Notes under the pieces: model-generated
What the model was told of the DNA's origin: nothing
What the model saw: the letters and a program-made list of their open reading frames with translations, nothing else
Databases searched by the model: none
From: Eukaryota sp. GEM-RC1
Lineage: Eukaryota
Assembly: GCA_040285855.1 (NCBI GenBank)
Contig: JAUFOQ010000003.1
Span: 1,488,001 to 1,552,000 of the forward strand
Length of the DNA: 64,000 bases
Direction: 5' to 3'
Position numbers and translations under genes: made by a program
Shown: in pieces, positions 39,138 to 51,162 of the stretch
Layout: each line of letters begins with the position of its first letter
Position numbering within the stretch: position 1 is the stretch's first letter

Positions 39138-40445
39138 CAAATTTGGAATATGAGTTTCTATTTAATTCTACTACTTGAGAGTCATACTTGGAGTGTTTGA
39201 GCTTTTCAGCAGCTGTTGACAGATTAAAAGAATCTAATATCCTACTAACACAAGATTTGTTACAAACATCTACTGTAGTAAAATCCATTAATGATTGACA
39301 CGATTTAAGCCACGGAGTATGGAGATCCCCTCTTTTTTTATCAGTATATTCATTTTCTGAAAGATGATTCAAAACTGGTTCAACTTTAGAGTGAAAACCA
39401 TGTGCTTTAAACATGGAATAACACGAATTACGTACACCATCATGAATTACTGCACGTAGATGAATAAAATAACGACAATTAATTCAATGACCAAAAACAC
39501 CATTAGCTCCACAAGAGCAAGTTGAATAGTTTAATATATTTGCAGACCAAATAGCCAAACGAAGACGCATATTGATCATCCAAGCTTCATCAGATAGATG
39601 TAATCCATACACCTTGGAATTTGAGAAATAAATCCAGAAGGTCCACTATTACAAAGGTCAATTAAAAAAGCAGCGAACTCGGGACTATTAGTTGTAGCCA
39701 AGCTAATACGATTATTAAAGTCCAAGAGTTCAAACTCCTTGTCAATTTATTTTGCAGCTTACATACAGCAGACAGTAGAGATGAAATATTTTTTAAAGGA
39801 TTCTCCTTCAAATGAGCAGGGAACAAAGACCCCCACATTTCAGGAGACAAGGATGATACCAAATCTTTAGCAAATTGAATCCAACGGCAATTACTGGAAT
39901 TCAACAGATTGATTCCATCCAAGGGAAGCCGTTTCAAAAATTCAAACATAAAATTCTTAACACCTCCTAAAAGAGCAGATTTTCTAATGATTTTTGCATG
40001 GGTGGACCCTACTCCTGCGAATTCCACAGAATAAAAAGCATGAAACGGAATCTTAGACTCATCAATTTCAGCCAAGTTAGAGAGAAAATTTGTTCTAATA
40101 GAATTATATTTCTTGGCAAATGTTTCAGTAAGGGAATAGTCTAATGAACGTAAAAAATGATTGATTTTCCCGGAAAAACAGACCTGAAGCATAGCAAAAG
40201 AAACATGTTCACTCACATCTAAAGATAATATTTGATTTAGTTTTTCTTCAGTTGAAGTTAATGAACCCTCCAATTCTGAATGAATTTTTTCATAATTTCC
40301 CAAAAATGTGCCAAGGAAACGAAAACATTGAGTAGAATAATCGATGATAGGAATATTACAAAAACCAAGATTAGAAACATTCGAAGACTTAACAACAAGA
40401 AAACACTTATCAAAATTAATTGTTAAACCAATACTCAAAGAAAGT
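39138..40445 (-). mobile_element. Inverted near-identical copy of the CRE-like element
   Basis: ORFs 39662-40546 and 39079-39414 are near-identical to the translations of 37494-38790. Confidence 0.9.
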
Positions 40446-41530
40446 AAGTTAAACCTTAATGGTATAATTACATGTACCATTTTTGTATCACACAAACACT
40501 TATTCATCAAGTATTTCTCAAACAACTGATGTGAGAGTACATTCAAACTAGCAATCTCAACAACTCGATCGATCTCTGTGTTATCTCCATTATCAAGGTC
40601 TAACCCACAATTTCAAACACAGTTGATTATTAATCATAGTATCAAAACGACAACTTATTTTACGCAATATTAAGCTTCCAGCACCAGAAACAACACGTTC
40701 ACGGGGTTTAGATGTGGGTTCGATGACCAAAAAATCTCTTGCTGACTTTGAAATACACACAAATCTTACTCCGGATCAATGGATGAGATCTTCATTCAGA
40801 TGCTAAATCGATATGATCATAACTTCATTGAACGTGAAGTTTTCACAAGAATGAAAGAAAGCGGTTCTTCTTCTTGGAAAACCGTCTTAAACAGCAATAT
40901 TACCATACAAAGTGTTCAACATTTCTCCTAGTTCCCTTCTATATTCCTCATTGTACAACAAAAATAGAGAATTTATTTGGAATCTTGGATCATAACGGTT
41001 CCAAGATCGCTGTTAATTGTAGAGATATTGTAGATACTCTTCATCCAGTGAAGCAGTTTTAAGCTGTTTGACATATAAGAAAGTTCAACACTCTGTGATT
41101 AGTGACCTATCATTATAATGTAAAAACAAATTGGTTTAATTAGAGTTAACCCACACTAAATGTCTTTAGTCGGGTGAAAACTAAATTCAGATTTCATTGG
41201 ACGGGTGAAGACTAAACTAAGCTGTATTTAGTCACACCAAAGTCTGCGCACCAATTGGTGCACCAAAGTTAACTTTAGTGCCGGGTTAACGTACCAAATT
41301 CACTTTATGCCCACCCCTAGTTATTCGCTACTTAATCCCATTTTTTCCAGAAGCGAGATTCACTTCTGGTTTTTTACAACTGTACATCGCTTACCGCAAG
41401 ACAAATATATTACTGCAAAATGACTGATTCACACCAATCTTTGAAATACGAAGGTTTTCTTTCAAAATATTAAAAATGAGACCTGCGAACCAATTGAATG
41501 TTTTTGATTCAAAAGAAGAATTCATTCTCA

Positions 41531-41767
41531 ATGGCTTCAGCAAGACACGAACGAAAGAAAGACCAAAAACAAAGAAGAAAAGCTATTGAGGATCTTGAGA
41601 AAGCTGAAGATGTTTTGACAGGAACAGAAGAAAAGGCTACCAATCAAAGACGTAAAGGGTTGAAATACGCTGAGAAGAAAGAGTTCTCCGCTGCTAGAAG
41701 GGAAGAAAAAGGAGTCAAAAAGGCAGAAAAGTTACTAAGAAGATCGCAGGAGACTGCATCGAAGTAG
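41531..41767 (+). CDS. Small basic helical hypothetical protein
   Basis: K/R/E-rich ORF MASARHERKK..., convergent with the next gene. Confidence 0.45.
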   Translation: MASARHERKKDQKQRRKAIEDLEKAEDVLTGTEEKATNQRRKGLKYAEKKEFSAARREEKGVKKAEKLLRRSQETASK

Positions 41768-41847
41768 TTTATGATGTGAAAAAGGAGAGTGATGGATATG
41801 GCAATAGATATATAATCTAATTAAACATTCTAATAAGTTAATTAATT

Positions 41848-42507
41848 CTACTCTTCACTTTGAACTTCCTCTGCTCTTCGTCGTTCTTCCTCTGCTAGAT
41901 TCATTCTCAACTGAACCTTTCTAAGAACAATATGGATACCTACAAAAAAGACTAAGAAGATAACCCAAGGAATGATCATTCTTTTCTTAGAGTAAGGGAA
42001 CATTGGAGGAATAACTCTATCACCCATGATAAAGAAGGGAGATGAATTCAATACAGTGGTGATAAAGACTTTGGAGTTACCTAATACTACAACGTCAATG
42101 GGAAAACCATCAGAAAAAGTGGAGTTTGAATGGAAAATGTCAAAAGTATGAGAGAAACTGAATGCAAGAGAGAGTTCATCGTCTAAAGGAGATCCTGTAG
42201 GTTCTGTTGTTGAAGGCAATAGTGTAATAGAAATGGTATCGGGACAAGATGATGTCAGAATAGCTGAAAACGAGGGAAAATCAGGCAGATTCGGTAACAG
42301 TTTCGTTTCATAACGACAGGAACTTGATGATAAGGTGGTCATATTGTAAGTAACGATTGATCGATATATAGAGGTACTACTAGGTGATTGTACGTCAAAA
42401 ACCCAAGAAGCATCCATCAGTGACGCAAGACGTTGTTGACAACACTTAGATGCAGTTGTGATTGATATCAGAAGACATAAATACACAAAAAGACCTAGAC
42501 TATGCAT
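41848..42507 (-). CDS. Predicted type I membrane protein
   Basis: N-terminal signal-peptide-like segment, C-terminal TM IIPWVIFLVFFVGIHIVL and a charged tail. Confidence 0.7.
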   Translation of the reverse strand: MHSLGLFVYLCLLISITTASKCCQQRLASLMDASWVFDVQSPSSTSIYRSIVTYNMTTLSSSSCRYETKLLPNLPDFPSFSAILTSSCPDTISITLLPSTTEPTGSPLDDELSLAFSFSHTFDIFHSNSTFSDGFPIDVVVLGNSKVFITTVLNSSPFFIMGDRVIPPMFPYSKKRMIIPWVIFLVFFVGIHIVLRKVQLRMNLAEEERRRAEEVQSEE

Positions 42508-42802
42508 CCGAAAAACTGCTTAGTAAATGGACATGTAAATTCCAACACTCTGAAACTTCCCCTTTAGACATTTCTGAACAATCCAAACCATACCTGAAAA
42601 ATACCCTTTTATTGTATTTTTTGTATTTTTTGTATTTTATATTGTATCAAATCGTCTTAACCAGAAGCCATTTAATCGACACAATCGGAGAATCACGTGG
42701 ATTAACCATTTTTGCTAATTTTTAGCAGTCCAGTTTGAAAAGGTCGCACTAATACAAAACTATAGAAGTGACTTAGTCATTATTCTACAATTCTCTCCTT
42801 AA

Positions 42803-43358
42803 ATGGTCAAACCAAAACTTACTTTTGTTACAGGAAATCCTAACAAACTTCGTGAAGTCCGTGAGATACTTGGCGATCATTTTGAAGTAGTGCACGATAC
42901 CACTGACTTACCAGAGTATCAAGGATCATGCCCTGAAGAAATCACGTTTGAGAAGTGCAAAGAAGCTGCCAAGACGGTACCTACCCCCTTTATTGTAGAA
43001 GATGTTTGTCTCTGCTTCAGTGCATACAAAGGTCTTCCTGGACCGTACATCAAATGGTTCTTAGGAGCAATCGGACGTGAAGGACTATGTAAAATGCTTT
43101 CTGGCTTTGAAGACAAATCTGCATGGGCACAATGCACCTTTGCTTATTTGGAATCGCCTGAGAAAGATCCTATACTATTTGTTGGTAAGACAGATGGCCA
43201 GATTGTCTCCCCCTTCTGGTGAAACCTCCTTTGGTTTTGATCCTATATTTCTACCCGAAGGATTTGACAAAACTTATGCAGAGCTCGATCCTAAAGTAAA
43301 ACATACGATTAGTCACAGAGGACGAGCTCTACAACAGCTCAAAAATCATCTGTTGTGA
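42803..43358 (+). CDS. ITPA: Inosine triphosphate pyrophosphatase (HAM1); 1-nt break in the C-run at ~43210
   Basis: [52 protein letters not shown]. Confidence 0.95.
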
Positions 43359-44014
43359 TCTTTTTTGGGGCTTTTGTCTATGTATTTTAGTATACTGGTC
43401 TGTCAAATTTATTATTTTTAATTTATTTGAATAAATACCTGGAATTTTTCATTTATTCAACATTTTTTAGAGTTTAATGAACCAGTAACGGTACTGCATT
43501 GAAGCATTGTTATAATAATTCGTCAATTTTGTTGTATATTAAACTGGACTTTCATTAAGTCACAGAATTTCCCCTTGTATACAATGTTTTTGAGCACGCT
43601 TTCAAGTTTCCCTAATGAATTTCTCTGTACCTGTGCTGCTTTTGAACTGCGTAAAAGCCAAACTTTAGTGGAATGTGTATTTTAATAATAAAAGACAGCC
43701 AAAATTAGTGGAGGTTTTTGACATATTCTGATTACAGTATTGCAAGTTGAATTCTCCACAACAACTCGGGTATGGTCCTTATACAACTCAGATAAAGTCA
43801 TTCATCTTCTTCTCAAAGTGGATACCAATGATGTTACTTCTGTTTTTTTAACTAAATGATATCATTTATACTATAATGGTTTTAAAAAAAACGGGGTTTA
43901 TGATCAGTCAATGAAATACATGCATTTGCAGAAGTTAATAACTAACAGACACTAACTAAAGTATCTAAACTATGATCCTTCTGTCCATCACCGAACAACT
44001 TACCTAAAGATGAA

Positions 44015-44320
44015 TTAATTAACAAAATACAAACAACTACTGTAGTATTTAAAAGATAATAAATGATCCACATCTGCTCTTGAACTACAACGATACAATT
44101 TGTCGAAAATACGATTCAAATACTTTGGGAAACTTCTTTGTTAAGAAAGAACAATACGATTGCGCCAAAGAGAATGATTAATTTTTTCGATCATTGTGTC
44201 AGAATATGTATCAATCTGTTTTTTTTCAGCTTTGGATAAATGATTTGCGGAATCACTCGAAACTAAATTCAAATATACTTTTGCACATGGATCAACAGTA
44301 GAGGTCACATCGTCGAAATC
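44015..44320 (-). mobile_element. Old CRE-like RLE remnant
   Basis: Minus-strand translation DVTSTVDPCA...KAEKKQIDTY...WRNRIVLS. Confidence 0.55.
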
Positions 44321-44593
44321 ATCATTTAGTTAAATAAAAGACTTAAGTTTTTTTTAAAAAATACCATACGCTTGACTATTTCCATTTTCATACGTTAAGT
44401 TTATTTTAACCTGCAAATGGAACTAATAGAACAAACTACATTGAAGTTCAAAGTCTGAAACGAATTTAAGATATCTTATCATCTGAGGCTAGAATTTACT
44501 AGAAAAAATCAAATCAACAAATTCCAGATAAACAGAATTATTTTACACACAAGATAATGAAAAAAGACTTGTCTTATTTCCTTCAACAAACTT

Positions 44594-45337
44594 TTACCTT
44601 CGAGTTCGATGTTCAAATATAATAACTTGCTCATACTCTGCTGTTAAAACTTCATACTTATGTTCAGCAGCTTGATTATGTACAGACTTTGGAGCTTCTC
44701 CCACTGAAGGATCTACCCTTATAATCTTCCGATCCCTTTTATTCTTGAAGAGCAAACCCAGTCCGGGATCAGCCACAACTTCGAAATTAGGTGAGTTTTG
44801 ACCGGCAACTGTTTGAGTTTCCCAATTGAAGTAGGATAGATCGTTATGTCTTGGGAAAAGTCTAGAATCACTATTAGGGTCAAAGTAATTCCTAAAGTCG
44901 TCAGTCCGAAGTCTGTCAGCGTAGTCAATATAACCAGAAATCTCCTGTCCTTTGGAGTTCTTGTCTCTAATGAAGATGATGATTGAGAGCTTTCCACTGC
45001 GGACGGCACGTTCGAATTTAGCCAGAATATTAAGGAGAGGATAGTCCTTCAGGTCAAATCCATCAGAGTCTAGGCGTTCCTCTTGAGCTTTACGACGGCT
45101 AATGGCACCTTCTTCAAGTTCTCGTTTCTTTTGATCAAATTCTTCTCTAGTGAGGGAGTCTCCATTGCCTTTGAAGCCAAGTTCAACAAGATTGCGTGCA
45201 AGTTCGCGACTTTCAAGATAGAAGAGATCAGTGTCAGTGATTTGAGAGTCAAGATATTCTTCATAAGTAACACCGGATTCTATAAGTTGACGAGCCAAAG
45301 TCTGACTTTCTGAAAAAAAGATGTTGGGAGTAGTCAT
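44594..45337 (-). CDS. CFAP299: Cilia- and flagella-associated protein 299 (C4orf22/DUF4464)
   Basis: TYEEYLDSQITDTDLFYLE..ELARNLVELG, GKLSIIIFIRD.NSKGQEISGYIDY, DLSYFNWET, GLLFKNKRDRK. Confidence 0.9.
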   Translation of the reverse strand: MTTPNIFFSESQTLARQLIESGVTYEEYLDSQITDTDLFYLESRELARNLVELGFKGNGDSLTREEFDQKKRELEEGAISRRKAQEERLDSDGFDLKDYPLLNILAKFERAVRSGKLSIIIFIRDKNSKGQEISGYIDYADRLRTDDFRNYFDPNSDSRLFPRHNDLSYFNWETQTVAGQNSPNFEVVADPGLGLLFKNKRDRKIIRVDPSVGEAPKSVHNQAAEHKYEVLTAEYEQVIIFEHRTRR

Positions 45338-45444
45338 CAGTTAATGGTTTAAAGGAAAGGAAAAGTAAAGGGGATTGTCTCGTTTTGGAGAAGAGATGAA
45401 GTTCAATTGTCTGGTGAGAATTTTACAACAAATCTTCTTTAGTC

Positions 45445-47591
45445 ATGTCCTCCTCTCTCGAAGATCCACAGCCTCTAGAGCTCCAAACTCTATTTGAATG
45501 TGATACTGATGATGTTAAATACTTCTGCGACTTTTCTCTGAATCATATCGCTATAGCAAAACCCACTGACACATCAGTTTCTGTTTGGGCTACTTTCATA
45601 CGAAATTCCTCATGTTGTTCTGTCTTTGGTCCTGTCAAATTAGATTGCAATCCTGATGCTTTGGTCGATGTCTGTTTTTCTCCTGACAGATCATTTCTTT
45701 TCTATGTGTACAAGTCTGCTGATCAAGATCTCACCGCTAAACTTGCGTTTCTTTCAGCAACAATTGTTCGAAAAGATCTTCTTCTCACACCAAAGATTGC
45801 AACACCTCTTACTGATGTTTCTTGCTATTGGTTAGACCTCTACTCATTCCTGGTTGTATCACCAACCCAATTCTCCATTTTTCAAACCAAGAGTGCCAAA
45901 CTTGACTGCAAACGTATAAAAACTGTCAAAACCCCATCAACCTCTCACTTTTTCGATCTATCCTCACTGCTACTACTTCTCTACAACAAGTCTTCCGTAC
46001 AGCCTTTTTTCTTCTTTCCTTTATACTCCCCTTCTAAACTTCTCCCCATCTCTACTTCCTGCGAGGATCCCTCCCTATTCACCACTGTTTTCCACCTTCA
46101 CCCTGATACTTACGTTTGTCTTAACTCTGATAACCAACCTAAAGTCTTCCGTCTTGAACTCTCTGAACCCCACACTCACCTCTATTCCCTCTCTCCTCCT
46201 AACTCCTCTTTTACATTCTCCCGTGTTCTCTACCTTCACGACCTCCTTCTAGCGGTCGATTCTTCTTCCTCCACCATCGCCTTCTATGATCCGTACAATA
46301 AATCTCCACATCTTCCCCTTTATTCTTGTCCTCTTACTATCTCTGAACTCGAGTCCTTTCACAGAGGAAACCTGATCTTCCACCGCAATCTTCCAGCTGT
46401 TTCTTCAATCTCTTTAAACACTTCTGTCCTTACCCCATTTGATCAACCTCTCACTTCCCTTCATTTCCTACTCAAAAGAACAGGAACCCTTCCTCAGATT
46501 GTAGATCTATTGTCCTTTCACCTATCTTATGAAACTTCTCTACTAGTTACGGGGGCCTTGTTTGATCTAATAGCTAAACAGATCTTTTCATCTAACACTC
46601 CAACCGCTCCCACTGTGTCTCATTTCAGTAGCATCCACTCATTTATTGGATATATTCAAATGTATCAGTCATTGCCAACAACTTCTCCAATAGCTTCATT
46701 TCACTCCAATTGACGGCGATCCGTTGACTTTGGACGACCATGACGTCACCATTCCAGTGATTGATTCTATGAAATCACTGTTATCACGTGATTTCACTCC
46801 TTCCAATTCCGTCATTACTCATTTAGATGTTCTATCTTTTGTTCCAATTGGATTCAATGGAATCAAAGGTACAGTTTTGTCTCAAGAAGAGCTCATTGTG
46901 TCGGTGATTGACCCTATTGTCACGTTTGCTTTGAATAATAAGCAAAATCCTAAATATTTAAATTATTTGACATTTGTTCAATCAGTTTTAATTGAGTTAA
47001 TAAGATCTCTTAAAGCTTTCAAGATCAAACCAGTAAGCAGCGTTTTTGAATTTTTATTGGAAATTATCGTTGCCAGACGTGATTTTGACCTCTTGTATTA
47101 CCTCGCAATTCATAATATTATTGTTTTTGATTTCTCTCTTGCTGAATATCTTCTGCAATTGACAATTCAAGCTAAACTCACTGATCCAAGTCTTCCAATT
47201 TCTCAATTCGTTATTAGACTTTTTAATTAACAAGGGTGGAAGAAGATCTCCTCAGCTGGCTGAGAAAGTTGTTAATCACTTATTATCAACCACGGATGTA
47301 ATGACAGCGCTTAGGTTTTTGGAAAAGTGTAAGATGAAAGTCACGTGCCCAAGACCTTTTCTGAATGCTGCGGTTGAATCTGGAGATTTTCTTTTGTTTT
47401 ATAATGTTTTTAATTACTTAAGAGACTCCTGTGCAATGAAGATATATTCAAAGATTGATTCTTTGTCTTGGTCTAAAGAAATGAGTGACAATGCTGTTGC
47501 TACCAGTGAGTTAATGTTGAAGGAGCTGGGCTGCGAGGATTATGTGGTCTGGTATCATGATATTATGGACGAACAAAAGTGTTGTAAATAG
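45445..47591 (+). CDS. RMC1: Regulator of MON1-CCZ1 (RMC1/C18orf8/Mic1)-like protein, split into 3 ORFs
   Basis: Beta-rich N-terminus; C-terminal VLIELIRSL...LAEYLL and ALRFL...FLNAAVESGDFLLFYNVFNYL resemble the Mic1 domain. Confidence 0.65.
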
Positions 47592-47885
47592 TGGTTTGCT
47601 GTGTTATTTGAAATTCTTTAAAGAATTGTTTATATGACCAATGCTCAATCGTTTTGTATATAGGTATGAGCATTGTTATAAAGCATGTGTAGTTTTTGTA
47701 CCAGTCTTGCTGAACACTTTCAACAATAGATTTTTTCATTGAGTCGGTGACTTGTTTTACTTCTCAAAAGTGCTCTATTTTTCTAAAAATGTAAACAAAT
47801 TTGTCATCGTCAAATTTTGACAGAAAAACAAAGAAACAATTTAAGAGCTAAATTTATCAAAACTCCCACATCTAATTTAAAATTT

Positions 47886-50800
47886 CTATCTAATTAAACA
47901 AATAGAAGGAGATCCAGGCAAAGCCGCTTCTCGAACCTTCTTCTCATCACCACTCAGCTCACTAGGATCAGCAGTAGAGACATTAAAACTTTCTAAATCC
48001 TCAACAGCATTTAGAATATATTCCCTACAATAAGAAATTAATTCAACTTCACTAAAGGAAGAAGTTAAATCAATAGTAGCAACACTTTCATGTCCAGCTT
48101 CAGCAAGTGAATGTAAGAAAGGCATAATGATCTTCATATGACGTTTCAGACTGGGATCTTTTTGATTGCGCTAATCAAATCAGGGGATCCAATTCTCATA
48201 GATGGATCTTTAGTTAAATTTAAAACATTCAGGAAGTGTTCAGGATAAGTTTCCGCACAAAAAACTGTTACTTTAGTAACTGATTTTGGTTTCTTTCGAT
48301 TAGCTTTATCTAGACTTTTCCTAATCAAAGTGATCATCTTCTCAATCAATTCTGATTGCCTATCCCCCGTGATCCAATTACAGCCAGATACCTCAGGAAA
48401 ACGAGCACGGCAGATACTATCAGAGTTTTGAAGCTTAGAAAGCCAAATATGCTCACATAAATGAGAACAAATTGGGTACAACAAAAGAGTTTGTACTTCA
48501 ATGAATCGATACAAGAGCTTCTTGTTCATATCATCACCTCTACGAAGTCTATAAACATCCCTGGCTGTCTGAAGATCGTACCAACCAGTCTTTAGTCCAA
48601 GTCTATAATTCATGACGTCATAATGACCCTTGGTTTCAACTATTGCCTTATCAATGGCAGAGTTGAAGGCATAATCAGCAAAGGAGTTGTAGTCCCAAGA
48701 ACTACCAAATTCTTCAGCAAAGTTGATGTTCATTGCTTTAAATTCAGAGATTTCTTCTGTAGTTAAAGAATCGACAAAAGACAAAAATTGAGTAAGTTTC
48801 AGGATAGAGGCATTTGCAGTGTCAGTAACAAAGTTTGCATCATCCATGGTATCTCCAGCATCTGCTAAGGCAAATCTAGTAGCATCAGCAGTGAATTCAT
48901 TAACAGCTTGATCCAAAGTAATAAAGTTTCCGGTCTGTTTCGACATTTTCTCATTATTTAAAACCAAGAATCCATTAGCACGTACACCCTGGGGAAGTTT
49001 AGCCTTATCAAAGATTGCGGTATGATTGTACAACCACATAGTCAAATGATTGGTGATTAGATCCTTGCCAGACACACGGAGATCAACGGGATAGAAATAA
49101 TCAAACTCTCTCTTCATTTCCTTTAAGAGATCTTCAGCTACACCACAACCGGGTTTATAACTCTTTCCTAAAAGAACATAATCCCACACGTCATCATTAA
49201 TCATCTCAGGAGAAAGCCCAAGACGACCACGTGTAGATCCATCTAAAGAACCTTCATGAAGTAAATGACAGAAAGTGTAGTAAGCCATGTAGATAGTAGA
49301 ATCAGAAAGAGATTCAATTAGGTACTGTTCATCCCAAGGAAGTCTTGAACCTAAACCAAATGATCTGGAACAAGCCCATTGAGAGAGCCAGTCAATTGCT
49401 GCATTCATTCGAACTTTAGTATCTTCGTTGTAACAATTCATTGCCATTAAACATTCACGTGTTTGTTCTCTCCACTCAGCTTCACCGTAGTCAATATACC
49501 ATTGGTCAACAAGAGAGACCACACACTCTTCACCAGAACGAGAAACAACGAGGGATTCAGGTTCTGAGTAGGAGAAAGCTTGTTTTGAGGAAATGAGATA
49601 TTCACGGACAACTACTTTGGCTTCTGACACGGGCATGTTTAAAACTGAGAGCTCGCCATCGTCAACAATCATCTTTCCAGAGTAGAATCCTTTAGTGTAA
49701 ACTTCCTCCTTGGCTAACTTCAGCTTTTCCTTGTCGTTCTGACTCTTGATCTTCATCTTGTCACACACAGTAACAGCAGCCATGGATCCAATGTCAGCAA
49801 CCTCAATGATAGGAAGAATCTCCTTTTGAACCATTTCAAAAGAGATTCCATACTTATCTCTAAAGGCTTCCTTGTTTTGCAAGTCTCTGTAGGCCATCAA
49901 ATCATCAGGAGAATCACTTGGAACACTGGTGACGATACCAGTACCCTTGTTCAAGGAGATCGTAAGCATTGGCAGACAGTGGATTACCTTGTGCTTGGAC
50001 AGGGGACCAGACACAGGCTTTCCGAGTAGATCATCACCATTGACTCTGCCAACGTTAGAGACAACTCCAAATTCAGGTGAAAGTCCTTGGTAAGACATGT
50101 TCTTGGCAGCTCTATCAGTGGCTACTACTATATCACCACCAGATGTGAGTTCAAAAGCGCCATAGTCAGCACCAGGCAGAATCCAGCAGTTAGTCTGTCC
50201 AAACATTGTTTCTGGACGGAGGGTGGCACAAGCTAGGTAGACGTTACGGCCTTGTAGGTGAGAAAGAGATTCAGTGAGCTCTAGTAGTTTCAGAAGGATA
50301 ACAGTGTACTCCTGAGGTAGAACACCTTCTCCAGCTGATCTATCGTGATCGGCACAGGGCTGGCCGTCTTTGGGAGAGAAGATGGTGAACCGCTTACCAA
50401 ACTTGACTTTGCCGGCAGCTTTCAGTTGCTTGAACTGCCATCTAATGAAGGAGTCGTAGTAGGGGTTAGCATCAGTAGTAATAAAGGATCGACGCCAATC
50501 AGTGGCGATACCAAACCCTTTAAGATCTTCGATTCCAATAGGGGGGAAGTACTGGCACCAGTGGTAGGGATTAGCGAACTTCTTGATTTCCTCGTCTTCT
50601 AAACCAAGGGATGACATGATCTGCCATTGGTACTTGAGACCAGTGCTTTTACGGGCAATCTTACCCTTAGTAGCTTTGAACTTGGTAGGATCGGCTTTCT
50701 CTTGAGGTTGGTCTGCTTCCATTTCTTCCTCTTGTTCGGGGGAATTGGGGAGGGAAACCGAAGGCTTCCATTTCGTACTTCAGTTTGTCAGCACATGCCT

Positions 50801-51116
50801 TGATGGGCATACCGGTGACGTGGAAAGCAAATGGGAAGAGAACACGCTTACCAAGCATTTGTTGATATCGAGCAGCATATTCGCATTTTGAGATAGTGAA
50901 AGCATGACCGATGTGGAGGCGACCGTTCATGTAGGGATAAGGGAAGGTAACCAAGAACTTCTCTTGATCAGATTCGGGAGATGAGGGATCAGGAGCATCG
51001 ACTTCAAAGATATGTTGGTTATACCAGTAATCTTGAATAGACTTCTGGATCTCCAAGAGTTGATCGCGACGTTTGGTTCCACGTTTCTCACCAAGGAATG
51101 GTTCTGGTGCAGACAT
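47886..51116 (-). CDS. LARS: Cytosolic leucyl-tRNA synthetase; frame breaks at ~50740 and ~48160
   Basis: [77 protein letters not shown]. Confidence 0.97.
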
Positions 51117-51162
51117 GGTAAAGTAAAGTAGAAATTGGTTTTCTTCAAATCTCACCAACTTC

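Larger units (their letters stand above)
36938..41319. mobile_element. hAT-like shell element enclosing CRE copies
   Basis: Ends TAGGGGTGAGCAAAAGT / ACTTTATGCCCACCCCTA; shared subterminal GTGAAGACTAAACTAA and GTTAACGTAC motifs; no TSD seen. Confidence 0.65.
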
